Shown: positions 42,612 through 51,548 of the stretch, one piece after another
How positions within the stretch are numbered: position 1 is the first letter of the stretch
How the letters are laid out: each line of letters opens with the position of its first letter
Source of the DNA: Leptolyngbyaceae cyanobacterium
GTDB lineage: Bacteria; Cyanobacteriota; Cyanobacteriia; Phormidesmidales; Phormidesmidaceae
DNA: 64,000 nucleotides
Assembly (NCBI GenBank): GCA_965263355.1
Contig: CBDHHL010000056.1
Coordinates: 608,001-672,000, forward strand
Direction: 5' to 3'
The notes under the pieces: generated by a model
Told to the model about the DNA's origin: nothing
Databases searched by the model: none
What the model saw: the letters and a program-made list of their open reading frames with translations, nothing else
Translations under genes and position numbers: made by a program

Positions 42612-43175
42612 TAGAATAACCTCCTAAAAATTTTATCTATATAAGGAGAATGGTCGTCGGCTTGCATGACAACTGGTGGAAACACGTAGATATAAATGGA
42701 AAGTTTAACTATTTCTAAAACTCTACTGATGATCAGTAATGGTTGATTTTTAACTATAAAAAAAATATGAGTGCCATTATCAGGCAATTATCAAAGGCTG
42801 AACTGAAATAAAAATAACTTGGTAGTGCGAGCTCAATAATACTGCCAATCTATTTGGCTTTTAAGAAATAAAGGATTAATTTACTAGGTATTTACTTTAC
42901 AGAATATCAAGGTATTACTAATGAGATAATGCCACTCCCTTGACTGTCTGGTGAAATCAGGTAAGAGTAGCGACTTAAGTTTGTCAGCACCCAATTGCAA
43001 AAATAGCAAAACTTCTTTATAGAGATGCTTAGTAATAGCAATAGGTTCCGGAAAATGTATGTCTAAAGTCAAGAACATTATATCTATTTTTACCAACTAT
43101 GGTGTGAACATCACGCACGACAATTCATTATTTTGCCAGCCCTGGCTGTTAGCGTTGAAGGCTAGAAAGTACTGT

Positions 43176-45989
43176 TCATCCAGCTACTGGGGTTCTATTA
43201 GCCTCGGTAAAGGCAAGGGTGCGAACTTCATCCAGCAGCTCCTGACGATCAAAATCTGCTTTTTGATACACTCGCACAACACCCTTTAAACGCTGCTGAT
43301 CTTTGGCAGTAAGTGTTTTGGCGGTCACTATAATAATCGGAATATTTCTCCAGTCTGGCGTTTGACGTAAAATTTCGACAAATTCAAAGCCGTCCATTCC
43401 AGGCATCATCAGATCTAGAACAATCAACTGGGGAATAGAGTTTTTAATATAGTCCAGAGCTTGCTGACCATTGGCTGCCAGCACAACAGTCCAGTCATGT
43501 TGCTGTAAGAGCCGTCCCATGATTTCTCTAGCATTGACATCATCCTCAACCACCAGAATTTTAGGTTTGGTTGACACATGAAGTCGGGACTCTAAGGTAT
43601 CGAGTAGGCGAATGTGATCAATGGGTTTAAGCAGGTAGTCAGTAACCCATAACTGATGTGCAAGGCTAGGCTCTTCAGTCATCGATAGTAAAATAATAGG
43701 TATTTGGGAGACTGCTGGCATAGCCTTAAGTTCTTGCAGAACTGTCCCTCCATTTTGGTTAGATAACGCCATATCCAAAATGATTGCGTCGGGCAGTAGC
43801 TCATCAGCTAGCACCAATCCTTGCTGCCCATCAACAGCACATGCAACGTTGTAACCGGCATCTGACAAACAGTTGTGCAGGTTTTCACAAGCCTCTGTGT
43901 CATTGTCAATGACCAATATTGTTTGTTCTAACTTTCGACCCGGAATTTCATGAATTGTCGAAATAGGTTCTCTTTCAAGCAAGCGGACAGGAGGGGCAAA
44001 GAATGTTTGATTAGATGATCTGTCCACTTGGACTGTACGAGGCAGGGTAAGGGTAAACGTTGTTCCTTGACCGTAGGTACTGTCTACGGTTACGTCTCCT
44101 CCCATCATAGAAATAAATTGTTTGGTGATTGTTAGGCCTAAACCAGTGCCACCATACTTGCGGGTAGTTGAGGTATCTGCTTGGGTAAACGCCTGAAAAA
44201 CTTTCCCCATTTGATCAGGCGTCATACCAATACCGGTGTCCGTAACTGAAAATTTCACCCAGCTGTCTTTATGTACTTGATGATTGGACTGTTCAACCGT
44301 CAGTGTAATTTTTCCGTTTTCAGTAAACTTGCAGGCATTGCTGAGTAGATTGATCAAGCTTTGCCGGAGTTTAACTTGGTCTGCGTACAGGATGCCAATA
44401 TCGCCAGGACAAGCCAACGATAGTTGATTGCCATTTTTCTGGGCTAAGGGGTGAATAGTGCCGATAATCTCATCAAGTATGGTTTGAATGCAAATATCTT
44501 CTAGGAAAAGTTCCATGCGACCTGCCTCGATTTTGGATAAATCAAGGACTGAGTTAATAAGTCCTAAAAGGTGCTTCCCTGCACCTTGAATTTTTTGTAA
44601 GTCAGGAACAAACTCCTCTTCACCAATACTAGTGATGTCTTCTTCCAGCATTTCGCTGTAGCCAATGATGGCATTTAGTGGCGTACGTAGTTCATGACTC
44701 ATATTGGCCAGAAACTCACTTTTAGACCGGTTAGCATCTTCTGCTTTGACCCGTGCAGTTTCTGCTTCTTCCATGGCACTGGCTAGTTGAGCGGTGCGGT
44801 CTTTTACCCGGCTATCTAGATCGCGATTGAGTTCAATTAGCTGTTCTTCAGCTTGTTTGCGCTCCGTAAAGTCCTGTAAAAAGATTGATAAGCCATCGGT
44901 TCCAGGGTAGCCGCGTACCATTAACCAGCGTGCAGTCGGTTCGTAATAGGTTTCAAAGCTAACGACTTGTAGATTTGTGGCAACAGCTTGACGATAGTAT
45001 TCGGTAAAGCGTTTGCCAAGAGATGCGGGTAAAACCTGCCAAAAATCCTGTCCCAATAGCCTTGGAAGCTCGTATTTGAGAATATCAGCAGCCTGAGCGT
45101 TGACATAGGTAATTGACCATTTGCGATCAACTGCAATAAAGGCGTCAGTGATACTTTCCAGTACTCTAACGGTTTTCTGCCTGGATTGCTGTAGGCGATT
45201 GATCACCCAAAAGGCAACTGTGCACAGACTGACAAGGGTCAATATATAGATAAGGTTTCGATATAGAGCAGTTCTTGTACGTGTAGCTTGCTGGATGTCG
45301 TCAAACTGCTGTTCTAAGGCTCGAATATTATTAGTCAGTGGTAAATCAAATACTTGGGTAACCAGCTTATCCGCAATGGGTTTGTTATCTAAAACCAGTT
45401 GTGTTAGCTGAGTTATTTGACGTTGTGTTGATGAACTGGCCTCAAGTTTTTGGTTAAGACGATTGAGCTTTGTTTTTATACTGACCACCAGCTTGTCATC
45501 ACCGGTTACGGCATAAAGGGACAAGTCGTCTACCAAGGCTTCAACCTCAAGCTGAAGATTGCCACTTAGTCCATTGAGTAGATTAGCTTCTTGGGCTAAT
45601 GCCGCTCTCAATTCAGCATGGTGAATTTCAAGTTGTTCAATGAGTTGTCGCTTTTCAGCTAGAAGTTCAGCATTAAAGGCCAGTTGTTTTTGTAAACGGC
45701 TTTTATTTTTTTCCGATACTGAAATGGGAATTTGCTCGGTGAGTTTCACTTGCACTTTTTCGGCGTCAAGTAAAGCTACGTTCAAGGATTGACCGTTTTG
45801 TGAGATGGTGTAGCGGATATTTTGTAGCGCTAGTTGAGTTGCTGCTTCGTCAACAAGCTGATCGGAAATCAATGCACTGTAGCTACGATACTGATCAAAA
45901 TCAACAGCAATGTTTTTAAGACCTAAAATTGATAGGACTGAGAGTGTAGCGACAGCAGGTATACCCTTTAAAAAGTGCTTTCGTCTCAC
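43176..45989 (-). CDS. Hybrid sensor histidine kinase, tandem paralogue of 39738..42611
   Basis: Same architecture and near-identical H-box; GTG start with AGGAG RBS. Confidence 0.93.
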   Translation of the reverse strand: MRRKHFLKGIPAVATLSVLSILGLKNIAVDFDQYRSYSALISDQLVDEAATQLALQNIRYTISQNGQSLNVALLDAEKVQVKLTEQIPISVSEKNKSRLQKQLAFNAELLAEKRQLIEQLEIHHAELRAALAQEANLLNGLSGNLQLEVEALVDDLSLYAVTGDDKLVVSIKTKLNRLNQKLEASSSTQRQITQLTQLVLDNKPIADKLVTQVFDLPLTNNIRALEQQFDDIQQATRTRTALYRNLIYILTLVSLCTVAFWVINRLQQSRQKTVRVLESITDAFIAVDRKWSITYVNAQAADILKYELPRLLGQDFWQVLPASLGKRFTEYYRQAVATNLQVVSFETYYEPTARWLMVRGYPGTDGLSIFLQDFTERKQAEEQLIELNRDLDSRVKDRTAQLASAMEEAETARVKAEDANRSKSEFLANMSHELRTPLNAIIGYSEMLEEDITSIGEEEFVPDLQKIQGAGKHLLGLINSVLDLSKIEAGRMELFLEDICIQTILDEIIGTIHPLAQKNGNQLSLACPGDIGILYADQVKLRQSLINLLSNACKFTENGKITLTVEQSNHQVHKDSWVKFSVTDTGIGMTPDQMGKVFQAFTQADTSTTRKYGGTGLGLTITKQFISMMGGDVTVDSTYGQGTTFTLTLPRTVQVDRSSNQTFFAPPVRLLEREPISTIHEIPGRKLEQTILVIDNDTEACENLHNCLSDAGYNVACAVDGQQGLVLADELLPDAIILDMALSNQNGGTVLQELKAMPAVSQIPIILLSMTEEPSLAHQLWVTDYLLKPIDHIRLLDTLESRLHVSTKPKILVVEDDVNAREIMGRLLQQHDWTVVLAANGQQALDYIKNSIPQLIVLDLMMPGMDGFEFVEILRQTPDWRNIPIIIVTAKTLTAKDQQRLKGVVRVYQKADFDRQELLDEVRTLAFTEANRTPVAG

Positions 45990-46453
45990 CTCAGATTTCT
46001 CCTAAAAATTCAAATAAAATGTTCTGACTTATTTAATTGAGATCTGAATGCGCAATATCAACCATGATTAGGAACCTTCAGGGATATCGTCACCTGGCGA
46101 TTAAACCTGAGGCGGTAGGATGCTGGTTGTTGATTTTCCCAATGAATAATAGCTATGTTTTGCTAATTAATAGCGAGATTAGGGATTGAATAGTTTTTCT
46201 ACCAAAAACTTAGAAGTCAGAACACCCTTTAAAGAGAGCACATCCTTCTGGAACTTCAAATAGCTACCAAACTATTGTCTTTAGGGAGTTCAGCAACTTA
46301 GCCTAATTTTTGTCTGTAGTTATAGACAGCTTAACCCTGATGATGATACCTTGACACATTTTAGATCTTACAGACCTTAGGTCTGCAAATGTTGTTCCAG
46401 TGGATGTGCATTAATAACTGATGGAGCCTAATTTGAGAGAGCTGTGAAACTTG

Positions 46454-47317
46454 TTAGGCAACTGGGTCAAGGGAATGTTGTGCCCTAACGTTGCGACCAA
46501 TAGCCTGAGCAATGGGCGCTAAACTGTCTATGAGTTTGGCCATGGCCTCTAAGCTAATGGTTTGTCTGGCATCACTTACGGACTTATCTGGTTCTGGATG
46601 GCATTCAATGATTAATCCATCAGCTCCAGCTGCGATCGCAGCCCGAGCTAAGGCTGCAACCAGTTCTCGCTTACCGGTTGCATGGCTAGGATCAACCAGC
46701 ACGGGCAAGTGGATAATTTGCTTAAGGGCGACTACAGCACCGAGGTCTAACACATTGCGAGTATGAGTATCAAAGCTACGAATACCGCGTTCACACAGAA
46801 TAATATTGGGATTACCGTGGCTGGCAATATATTCTGCTGCCATAACAAACTCAGTTACCGTTGCCGCTAACCCTCGCTTGAGCAAAATGGGTTTATCCAC
46901 CTCACCCAAGGCCTTAAGTAAGTCAAAATTTTGCATATTGCGGCTGCCCACTTGTAGTACATCAGCATGGGGCATTAGCTTTTCGATCTGATGGATGGCC
47001 ATGACTTCAGTAACTACGGGTAAACCATAGCGCTGACGGATGGCGGCAAGAATATCCAAGCCAACGTCACCCAGCCCCTGAAATGCGTAGGGGGACGTAC
47101 GCGGTTTATAAATCCCCCCGCGTACGCCCTGTATAGCTAGGTTGGCGTTAGCAATGGCTTCCATTTGAGCCATGCTCTCGATAGAACAGGGGCCACCCAC
47201 GATAAACAGGTCTTGGCCACCGACGGTGATGGCAGGGGTGTGCTGGGTGGCGGGTGCGATCTCAATTTCACTGATGTGGTCAGTGTGCTGTTTAGCAATC
47301 AGTTTGGCGTCCTTCAT
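46454..47317 (-). CDS. aroF: 3-deoxy-7-phosphoheptulonate (DAHP) synthase, type I-beta, catalytic domain only
   Basis: GGPCSIES, KPRTSPYAFQG, GSRNMQNF, LLKRG, LCERGIR, DPSH and SD motifs. True start MKDAKL at 47317; the longer ORF is read-through of the repeat. Confidence 0.95.
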   Translation of the reverse strand: MKDAKLIAKQHTDHISEIEIAPATQHTPAITVGGQDLFIVGGPCSIESMAQMEAIANANLAIQGVRGGIYKPRTSPYAFQGLGDVGLDILAAIRQRYGLPVVTEVMAIHQIEKLMPHADVLQVGSRNMQNFDLLKALGEVDKPILLKRGLAATVTEFVMAAEYIASHGNPNIILCERGIRSFDTHTRNVLDLGAVVALKQIIHLPVLVDPSHATGKRELVAALARAAIAAGADGLIIECHPEPDKSVSDARQTISLEAMAKLIDSLAPIAQAIGRNVRAQHSLDPVA

Positions 47318-47339
47318 GGGTTTAGAAAGTAAGTAAAAA

Positions 47340-47660
47340 AAACAAAAAGCCCACAGCTTTTTGGGTAAACAAAAAGCCCACAGCTTTTTGGGTAAACAAA
47401 AAGCCCACAGCTTTTTGGGTAAACAAAAAGCCCACAGCTTTTTGGGTAAACAAAAAGCCCACAGCTTTTTGGGTAAACAAAAAGCAGCTTTTTGGGTAAA
47501 CAAAAAGCCCGCAGCTTTTTGGGTAAACAAAAAGCCCACAGCTTTTTGGGTAAACAAAAAGCCCACAGCTTTTTGGGTAAACAAAAAGCCCACAGCTTTT
47601 TGGGTAAACAAAAAGCCCGCAGCTTTTTGGGTAAACAAAAAGCCCGCAGCTTTTTTGGGC
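47340..47660. repeat. Tandem array of twelve ~27-bp units aaacaaaaagccc(a/g)cagctttttgggt
   Basis: Counted 12 units with no spacers. Unit 47475-47497 lacks 4 nt, the last unit is 28 nt, and three units carry g in place of a. Confidence 0.95.
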
Positions 47661-47667
47661 TCCGGGC
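47633..47667 (-). terminator. Putative attenuator terminator 2
   Basis: Transcript GCCCG-g-AGC-ccaaaaaa-GCU-g-CGGGC-UUUUUGUUU; its 5' arm overlaps antiterminator arm ACUUGCCCGG. Confidence 0.7.
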
Positions 47668-47690
47668 AAGTCAGTACAGCAAAGCAAACG

Positions 47691-47753
47691 CTACCTACCC
47701 GGTGGTGGCGTAAAAAAGAAAAAAGTAAATTGCCAGCTGTAGCAGACGATCAT
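47691..47753 (-). CDS. Putative aromatic-amino-acid leader peptide 2 (MIVCYSWQFTFFFFTPPPGR)
   Basis: Manual translation: 7 of 20 residues are Phe/Tyr/Trp; lies directly upstream of terminator 2 and aroF. Confidence 0.78.
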   Translation of the reverse strand: MIVCYSWQFTFFFFTPPPGR

Positions 47754-47811
47754 GGCGGTCAATGAAAACGGTCAAAAGAGGTAATCAAAACGAAACCGGG
47801 TACTCACTGAT

Positions 47812-47844
47812 AAAACAAAACCGCAGAGCTTACACCCTGCGGTT
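47812..47844 (-). terminator. Putative attenuator terminator 1
   Basis: Transcript AACCGCAGGG-uguaag-CUCUGCGGUU-UUGUUUU: 10-bp stem with one G-U, then a U-tract. Confidence 0.82.
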
Positions 47845-47872
47845 CACCGGCTTCCCATGCTAGCGCTCGGGT

Positions 47873-47923
47873 TCATCGCCGGTGAACCTGACTAAACCAA
47901 AAGTAAAAAAATGAGTGCTGCAT
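47873..47923 (-). CDS. Putative aromatic-amino-acid leader peptide 1 (MQHSFFYFWFSQVHRR)
   Basis: Manual translation: six consecutive aromatic codons FFYFWF; the 3' end of the ORF contains antiterminator arm GGUUCACCGGC. Confidence 0.82.
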   Translation of the reverse strand: MQHSFFYFWFSQVHRR

Positions 47924-47965
47924 GGGATGAAAATTTTTGCTAGCAATAGCTATCTCTACGTTCGT

Positions 47966-47994
47966 ACCTTAACGTGTCAAATTTAAACCGTCAA
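47966..47994 (-). promoter_or_regulatory. Candidate sigma70-type promoter for the leader-aroF transcript
   Basis: TTGACG-17 nt-TAAGGT on the minus strand, about 40 nt upstream of leader 1. Confidence 0.45.
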
Positions 47995-48022
47995 CCTGTA
48001 GAAGCGTTGCGTACAATGCCCA

Positions 48023-48068
48023 AGATTTTTTGTAGAGGCGTTGCATGCAACGCCTCTACAAAAAATCT
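48023..48068. repeat. Perfect 46-bp palindrome, GTAG-type REP-like; likely ends ridA transcription
   Basis: agattttttgtagaggcgttgca|tgcaacgcctctacaaaaaatct; a degenerate half-copy tgtagaagcgttgc lies at 47997. Confidence 0.85.
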
Positions 48069-48456
48069 ATTTCACTGCGATACATTCAATTTCGACCAGT
48101 ACATCCTTAGGTAGGCGGGCTACCTCAACACAGGCCCGAGCGGGAGCTGTAGCGTCATCAAAGTAGGTTGCATAGATACCATTCATAGTGGCAAAGTCGT
48201 TCATATCCTTTAAGAAAACAGATGTTTTAACCACATTAGCCATGGTGGCTCCCGCTGCTGCCAATACGGCACTTAGATTCTCTAAGCACTGTTTGGTTTG
48301 AGCGGCGACATCACCGTCACCTACCAGGGCTCCACTACTGGGATCCAGGGCTACCTGTCCGGAAGCAAATACCATCTCCCCTGAGGCAATGACGGCCTGA
48401 TTGTAAGGCCCAACGGGGGCAGGAGCCTGATCAGTTTGGACAATGCGACGAACCAT
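48067..48456 (-). CDS. ridA: RidA/YjgF family enamine/imine deaminase
   Basis: APAPVGPYNQA, SGQVAL, PARACVEVARLP and VEIECIA motifs. Confidence 0.93.
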   Translation of the reverse strand: MVRRIVQTDQAPAPVGPYNQAVIASGEMVFASGQVALDPSSGALVGDGDVAAQTKQCLENLSAVLAAAGATMANVVKTSVFLKDMNDFATMNGIYATYFDDATAPARACVEVARLPKDVLVEIECIAVK

Positions 48457-48547
48457 AATGGACCATAGATACCAGCCTGAGTATTTTACCGGAAGGTTAA
48501 CGACCTAAAATACCAAAGACTTAACATGCCTACCACTGTGCTGAACC

Positions 48548-49039
48548 ATGGCTGACTTTAATCGTGTGACTGAGCTTTATCAAGCATTTCCTCAAAAGTT
48601 TCGTAGTATCATGCTGAGCACAGCCAGCGCTGATGGCATACCCCAAGCAAGCTATGCCCCCTTTTTAATTGATGCAGACAAAAAAATATATATATACATA
48701 AGTGGTCTATCAGCCCATACGGCTAATCTCAAGCAAACGGGACGAGTCAGTGTTCTCTTTATCGAAGATGAAGCTGAAACCAAGGAGATTTTTGCTCGCC
48801 GTCGTCTTACCTATGAGTGCACCGCAGCAATCCTGCCCCGTGATACAACCCAGTGGCAAACCTTAATTGATCGATTTGAACAACGCTTTGGCCAAGTGAT
48901 CGGCTTAATGAAGGGTCTGCCAGACTTCCAGATTTTTCAACTGCAGCCCCAGGCAGGACAATTTGTGATGGGATTTGGAGCAGCCTATCGGGTGGGTTCT
49001 CAGGATTTAAATAGTCTGGAGCCGAGACGTCGAAATTAA
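48548..49039 (+). CDS. HugZ/HutZ-like pyridoxamine 5'-phosphate oxidase-family heme-binding protein
   Basis: PQASYAPF, YISGLSAHT.NL, IFARRRLTY and FVMGFGAAY motifs. Confidence 0.85.
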   Translation: MADFNRVTELYQAFPQKFRSIMLSTASADGIPQASYAPFLIDADKKIYIYISGLSAHTANLKQTGRVSVLFIEDEAETKEIFARRRLTYECTAAILPRDTTQWQTLIDRFEQRFGQVIGLMKGLPDFQIFQLQPQAGQFVMGFGAAYRVGSQDLNSLEPRRRN

Positions 49040-49048
49040 GCCTTTGTT

Positions 49049-49669
49049 TTAGGCTTCTGAATTTGCCAACACGCCGTTTAGGAAAATATCGGCCAGGGTC
49101 TCGGCTAACTCCTTCATATCTTGGGGGGAGTTGGCTTCATCTGCTAGGGTTACTTGACTAAAGCCTGCAATGGTGAACATGCCTAGAAAAATGCGAGCAA
49201 CGACTCGAGGATTCATGGGACGATAAGTGCCTCGGTCCATAGCTGTTTGGAAAAATGCTTCAGCAACGTCAGTCATTTTGGCAATTACTTCAGCTTGTAC
49301 CCGCTCCCGTAGCTCTGGGTGAAACTGGGCTTCCATAAAACATACCCGCAGCATATCTGTATTGGCAGACAGATTTAGCATACGCTTGCGCATCATCTTG
49401 GCAATGGCTTTATAGTTAGCCATTTCACTCAGCTCAGTCAGTAGCTCAGTTAGTAGGTCTATCCAACCACGGGTGGCAACCTCGACCAAAATTGCCTTTT
49501 TATTTTCAAAATGCCGAAATAATGTACCTTCTGCCACACCAGCAGCTTGGGCTAAATCTCGGGTGGTTGTCCCCCCATAGCCATGTTGGGCAAATAATCG
49601 TTGAGCCGCTCCGAGAATTTTCTCTTGGGTATCATCTTGGGCCGACGTCAACGGTTTACCAAATTGCAT
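49049..49669 (-). CDS. TetR/AcrR family transcriptional regulator
   Basis: HTH motif GTTTRDLAQAAGVAEGTLFRHFENK. Confidence 0.93.
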   Translation of the reverse strand: MQFGKPLTSAQDDTQEKILGAAQRLFAQHGYGGTTTRDLAQAAGVAEGTLFRHFENKKAILVEVATRGWIDLLTELLTELSEMANYKAIAKMMRKRMLNLSANTDMLRVCFMEAQFHPELRERVQAEVIAKMTDVAEAFFQTAMDRGTYRPMNPRVVARIFLGMFTIAGFSQVTLADEANSPQDMKELAETLADIFLNGVLANSEA

Positions 49670-49824
49670 AGGGTAGCGCCCTAACGGGTATTAATAAAAA
49701 CTGACGCTGTTAATCCTTTTTCAAACCAACAACGATAATCAGGGCTATAGGAGTATGACTCTATGCCTTTGGGTTATTGTCTACTGTGATCAGCACAATC
49801 AACCCATTGGTTAACAGAAGCTTA

Positions 49825-49854
49825 CATTCACCCCTGTTGTATCAGGGGTGAATG
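49825..49854 (-). terminator. Hairpin right after pfkA
   Basis: cattcacccctg / caggggtgaatg 12-bp inverted repeat. Confidence 0.6.
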
Positions 49855-49861
49855 ACGTAGT

Positions 49862-51001
49862 TTATGCCTGCGCTAACAGGATTGAATTACAGTGAATGTG
49901 GGTATCTACTATGTGGCAACTGCTATCTCCCAGGCAGATGCCCATGCCCCGAGCCGTTTTGACCAGTGTATCCTGGGGACTAACGGCCTGATACTCGGCA
50001 ATCGCCTCAGCGATGGGAACATGGACCACCTGGCGATTTTGCCAGCTCACCATGTGGTCATACTTTTCGGTGGCAATCAGATCTACGGCCTCGACGCCAA
50101 ACGCAGTGGCTAAGACGCGATCTAAGGGCGACGGTGTCCCCCCCCGCTGAACATGACCCAAGACGGTAACCCGAGTTTCAGCGCCAATGGTTTCGGTAAT
50201 CTTTTCGGCTAAATATTCGCCAATCCCCCCTAGGCGACATTGACCCAGGCGATTGGTTTGGGTCACTTTTTCGCCTGCTTCGGTACAAACGGCTTCCGCC
50301 ACAATAATGGTGGCGAAGTTGCGTTTTAGGCCCTTGATAGTTTGGCAAATATTATTGATGGTGTAAGGGATTTCAGGAATGAGGACAATATCGGCTCCCC
50401 CAGCAATGCCTGCATTAAGGGCAATATGTCCGGCATCTCGCCCCATGACCTCTAAAATCATTACCCGAGAATGGCTCGCAGCTGTAAAATGCAGCCGATC
50501 TAGAGCTTCAGTTGCAATATTGACAGCGGTATCAAACCCGATGGATCGCTCTGTACAACCCAGGTCGTTATCAATGGTCTTGGGAATACCGACTAGGTTT
50601 AGTCCACCCTGCTGGGCCAGACGGCGGAGGATGGCCATGCTGCCATCACCACCAATGCCAATCAGGGCATCTAGGCCCAGTAAATGATAGCCATCGATAA
50701 TGTCCTGGGAGCGATCGCAGGTTGTTCCATCAGGCAGAGGAAAGTCAAATGGGTTGCCTTTATTGGTTGTACCGAGAACAGTCCCTCCGGCTAGTAATAA
50801 GTTATGGGTACTCGATAGGTCAAATTCTACATATTGAGGTGGACGGGCCATCAAACCCTGGGTAGCCCGAGAGATGCCTAAGACTTCCCAGCCATAGCTA
50901 TCGGCTCGATGGACTACGGCTCGTAGGGCAGCGTTAAGCCCTGCACAGTCACCGCCACTGGTTAGTAGGCCAATTCTTTTTTTGTCCCGATGCTGTCCCA
51001 T
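49862..51001 (-). CDS. pfkA: ATP-dependent 6-phosphofructokinase
   Basis: TSGGDCAGLN, GGDGS, PKTIDND, EVMGR and LGHVQRGG motifs; ATG at 51001. Confidence 0.95.
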   Translation of the reverse strand: MGQHRDKKRIGLLTSGGDCAGLNAALRAVVHRADSYGWEVLGISRATQGLMARPPQYVEFDLSSTHNLLLAGGTVLGTTNKGNPFDFPLPDGTTCDRSQDIIDGYHLLGLDALIGIGGDGSMAILRRLAQQGGLNLVGIPKTIDNDLGCTERSIGFDTAVNIATEALDRLHFTAASHSRVMILEVMGRDAGHIALNAGIAGGADIVLIPEIPYTINNICQTIKGLKRNFATIIVAEAVCTEAGEKVTQTNRLGQCRLGGIGEYLAEKITETIGAETRVTVLGHVQRGGTPSPLDRVLATAFGVEAVDLIATEKYDHMVSWQNRQVVHVPIAEAIAEYQAVSPQDTLVKTARGMGICLGDSSCHIVDTHIHCNSILLAQA

Positions 51002-51548
51002 AATGTTCACGCTGGCTATCAAAATCGTGTTCTCAAAAGTGTGATTTTTAGACTACAGGGTTTGGGCGATAGCTATGTATATCTGCTCGGTATTCTGAAA
51101 AATAATTGATAGGAAGAAATACTCCGCAATATTTTTGTGTACCCGAGTAACAGTTTCTGTTGCTACATCAAGGGGAAAACTGACTTGAAATGTTCTAAAT
51201 AACAAACATCAAGGTCTCTGGAATTAGTCTATTAGCCAATGTATTTACCGTGTAATTGCTGATGACAACTATGAACTTCATTGGCCGCTGATCTTGCTTT
51301 ACCAAAACTTGTAGTAGCAGCATCAATCAAGCTTAATAAAGCGAGAGTAACAATATTGTTTTAGTAAATGCCTACCCCTAAGCCAGACATTTATGTTTTG
51401 AGGAGATTATAGTCAGCGTAATGGCGAATCAATCTAGAACGTATCCTTGAGAGCAGATTGATTTGTCCGGATATTGGGTCATCTTCCGGTTAGGTTAACT
51501 AATCTTTGTTAAGTGCAATAGGTTAAGGTTTTTTTACTGCGGAATACA

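Noticed and set aside
47340..47660. CRISPR array
   Set aside because: Units are head-to-tail with no unique spacers, there are no cas genes nearby, and the unit derives from the adjacent terminator.
47318..47765. ORFs across the 27-bp repeat, including the N-terminal extension of aroF
   Set aside because: The 27-nt stop-free unit creates open frames automatically; the DAHP synthase-like sequence begins at MKDAKL (47317).
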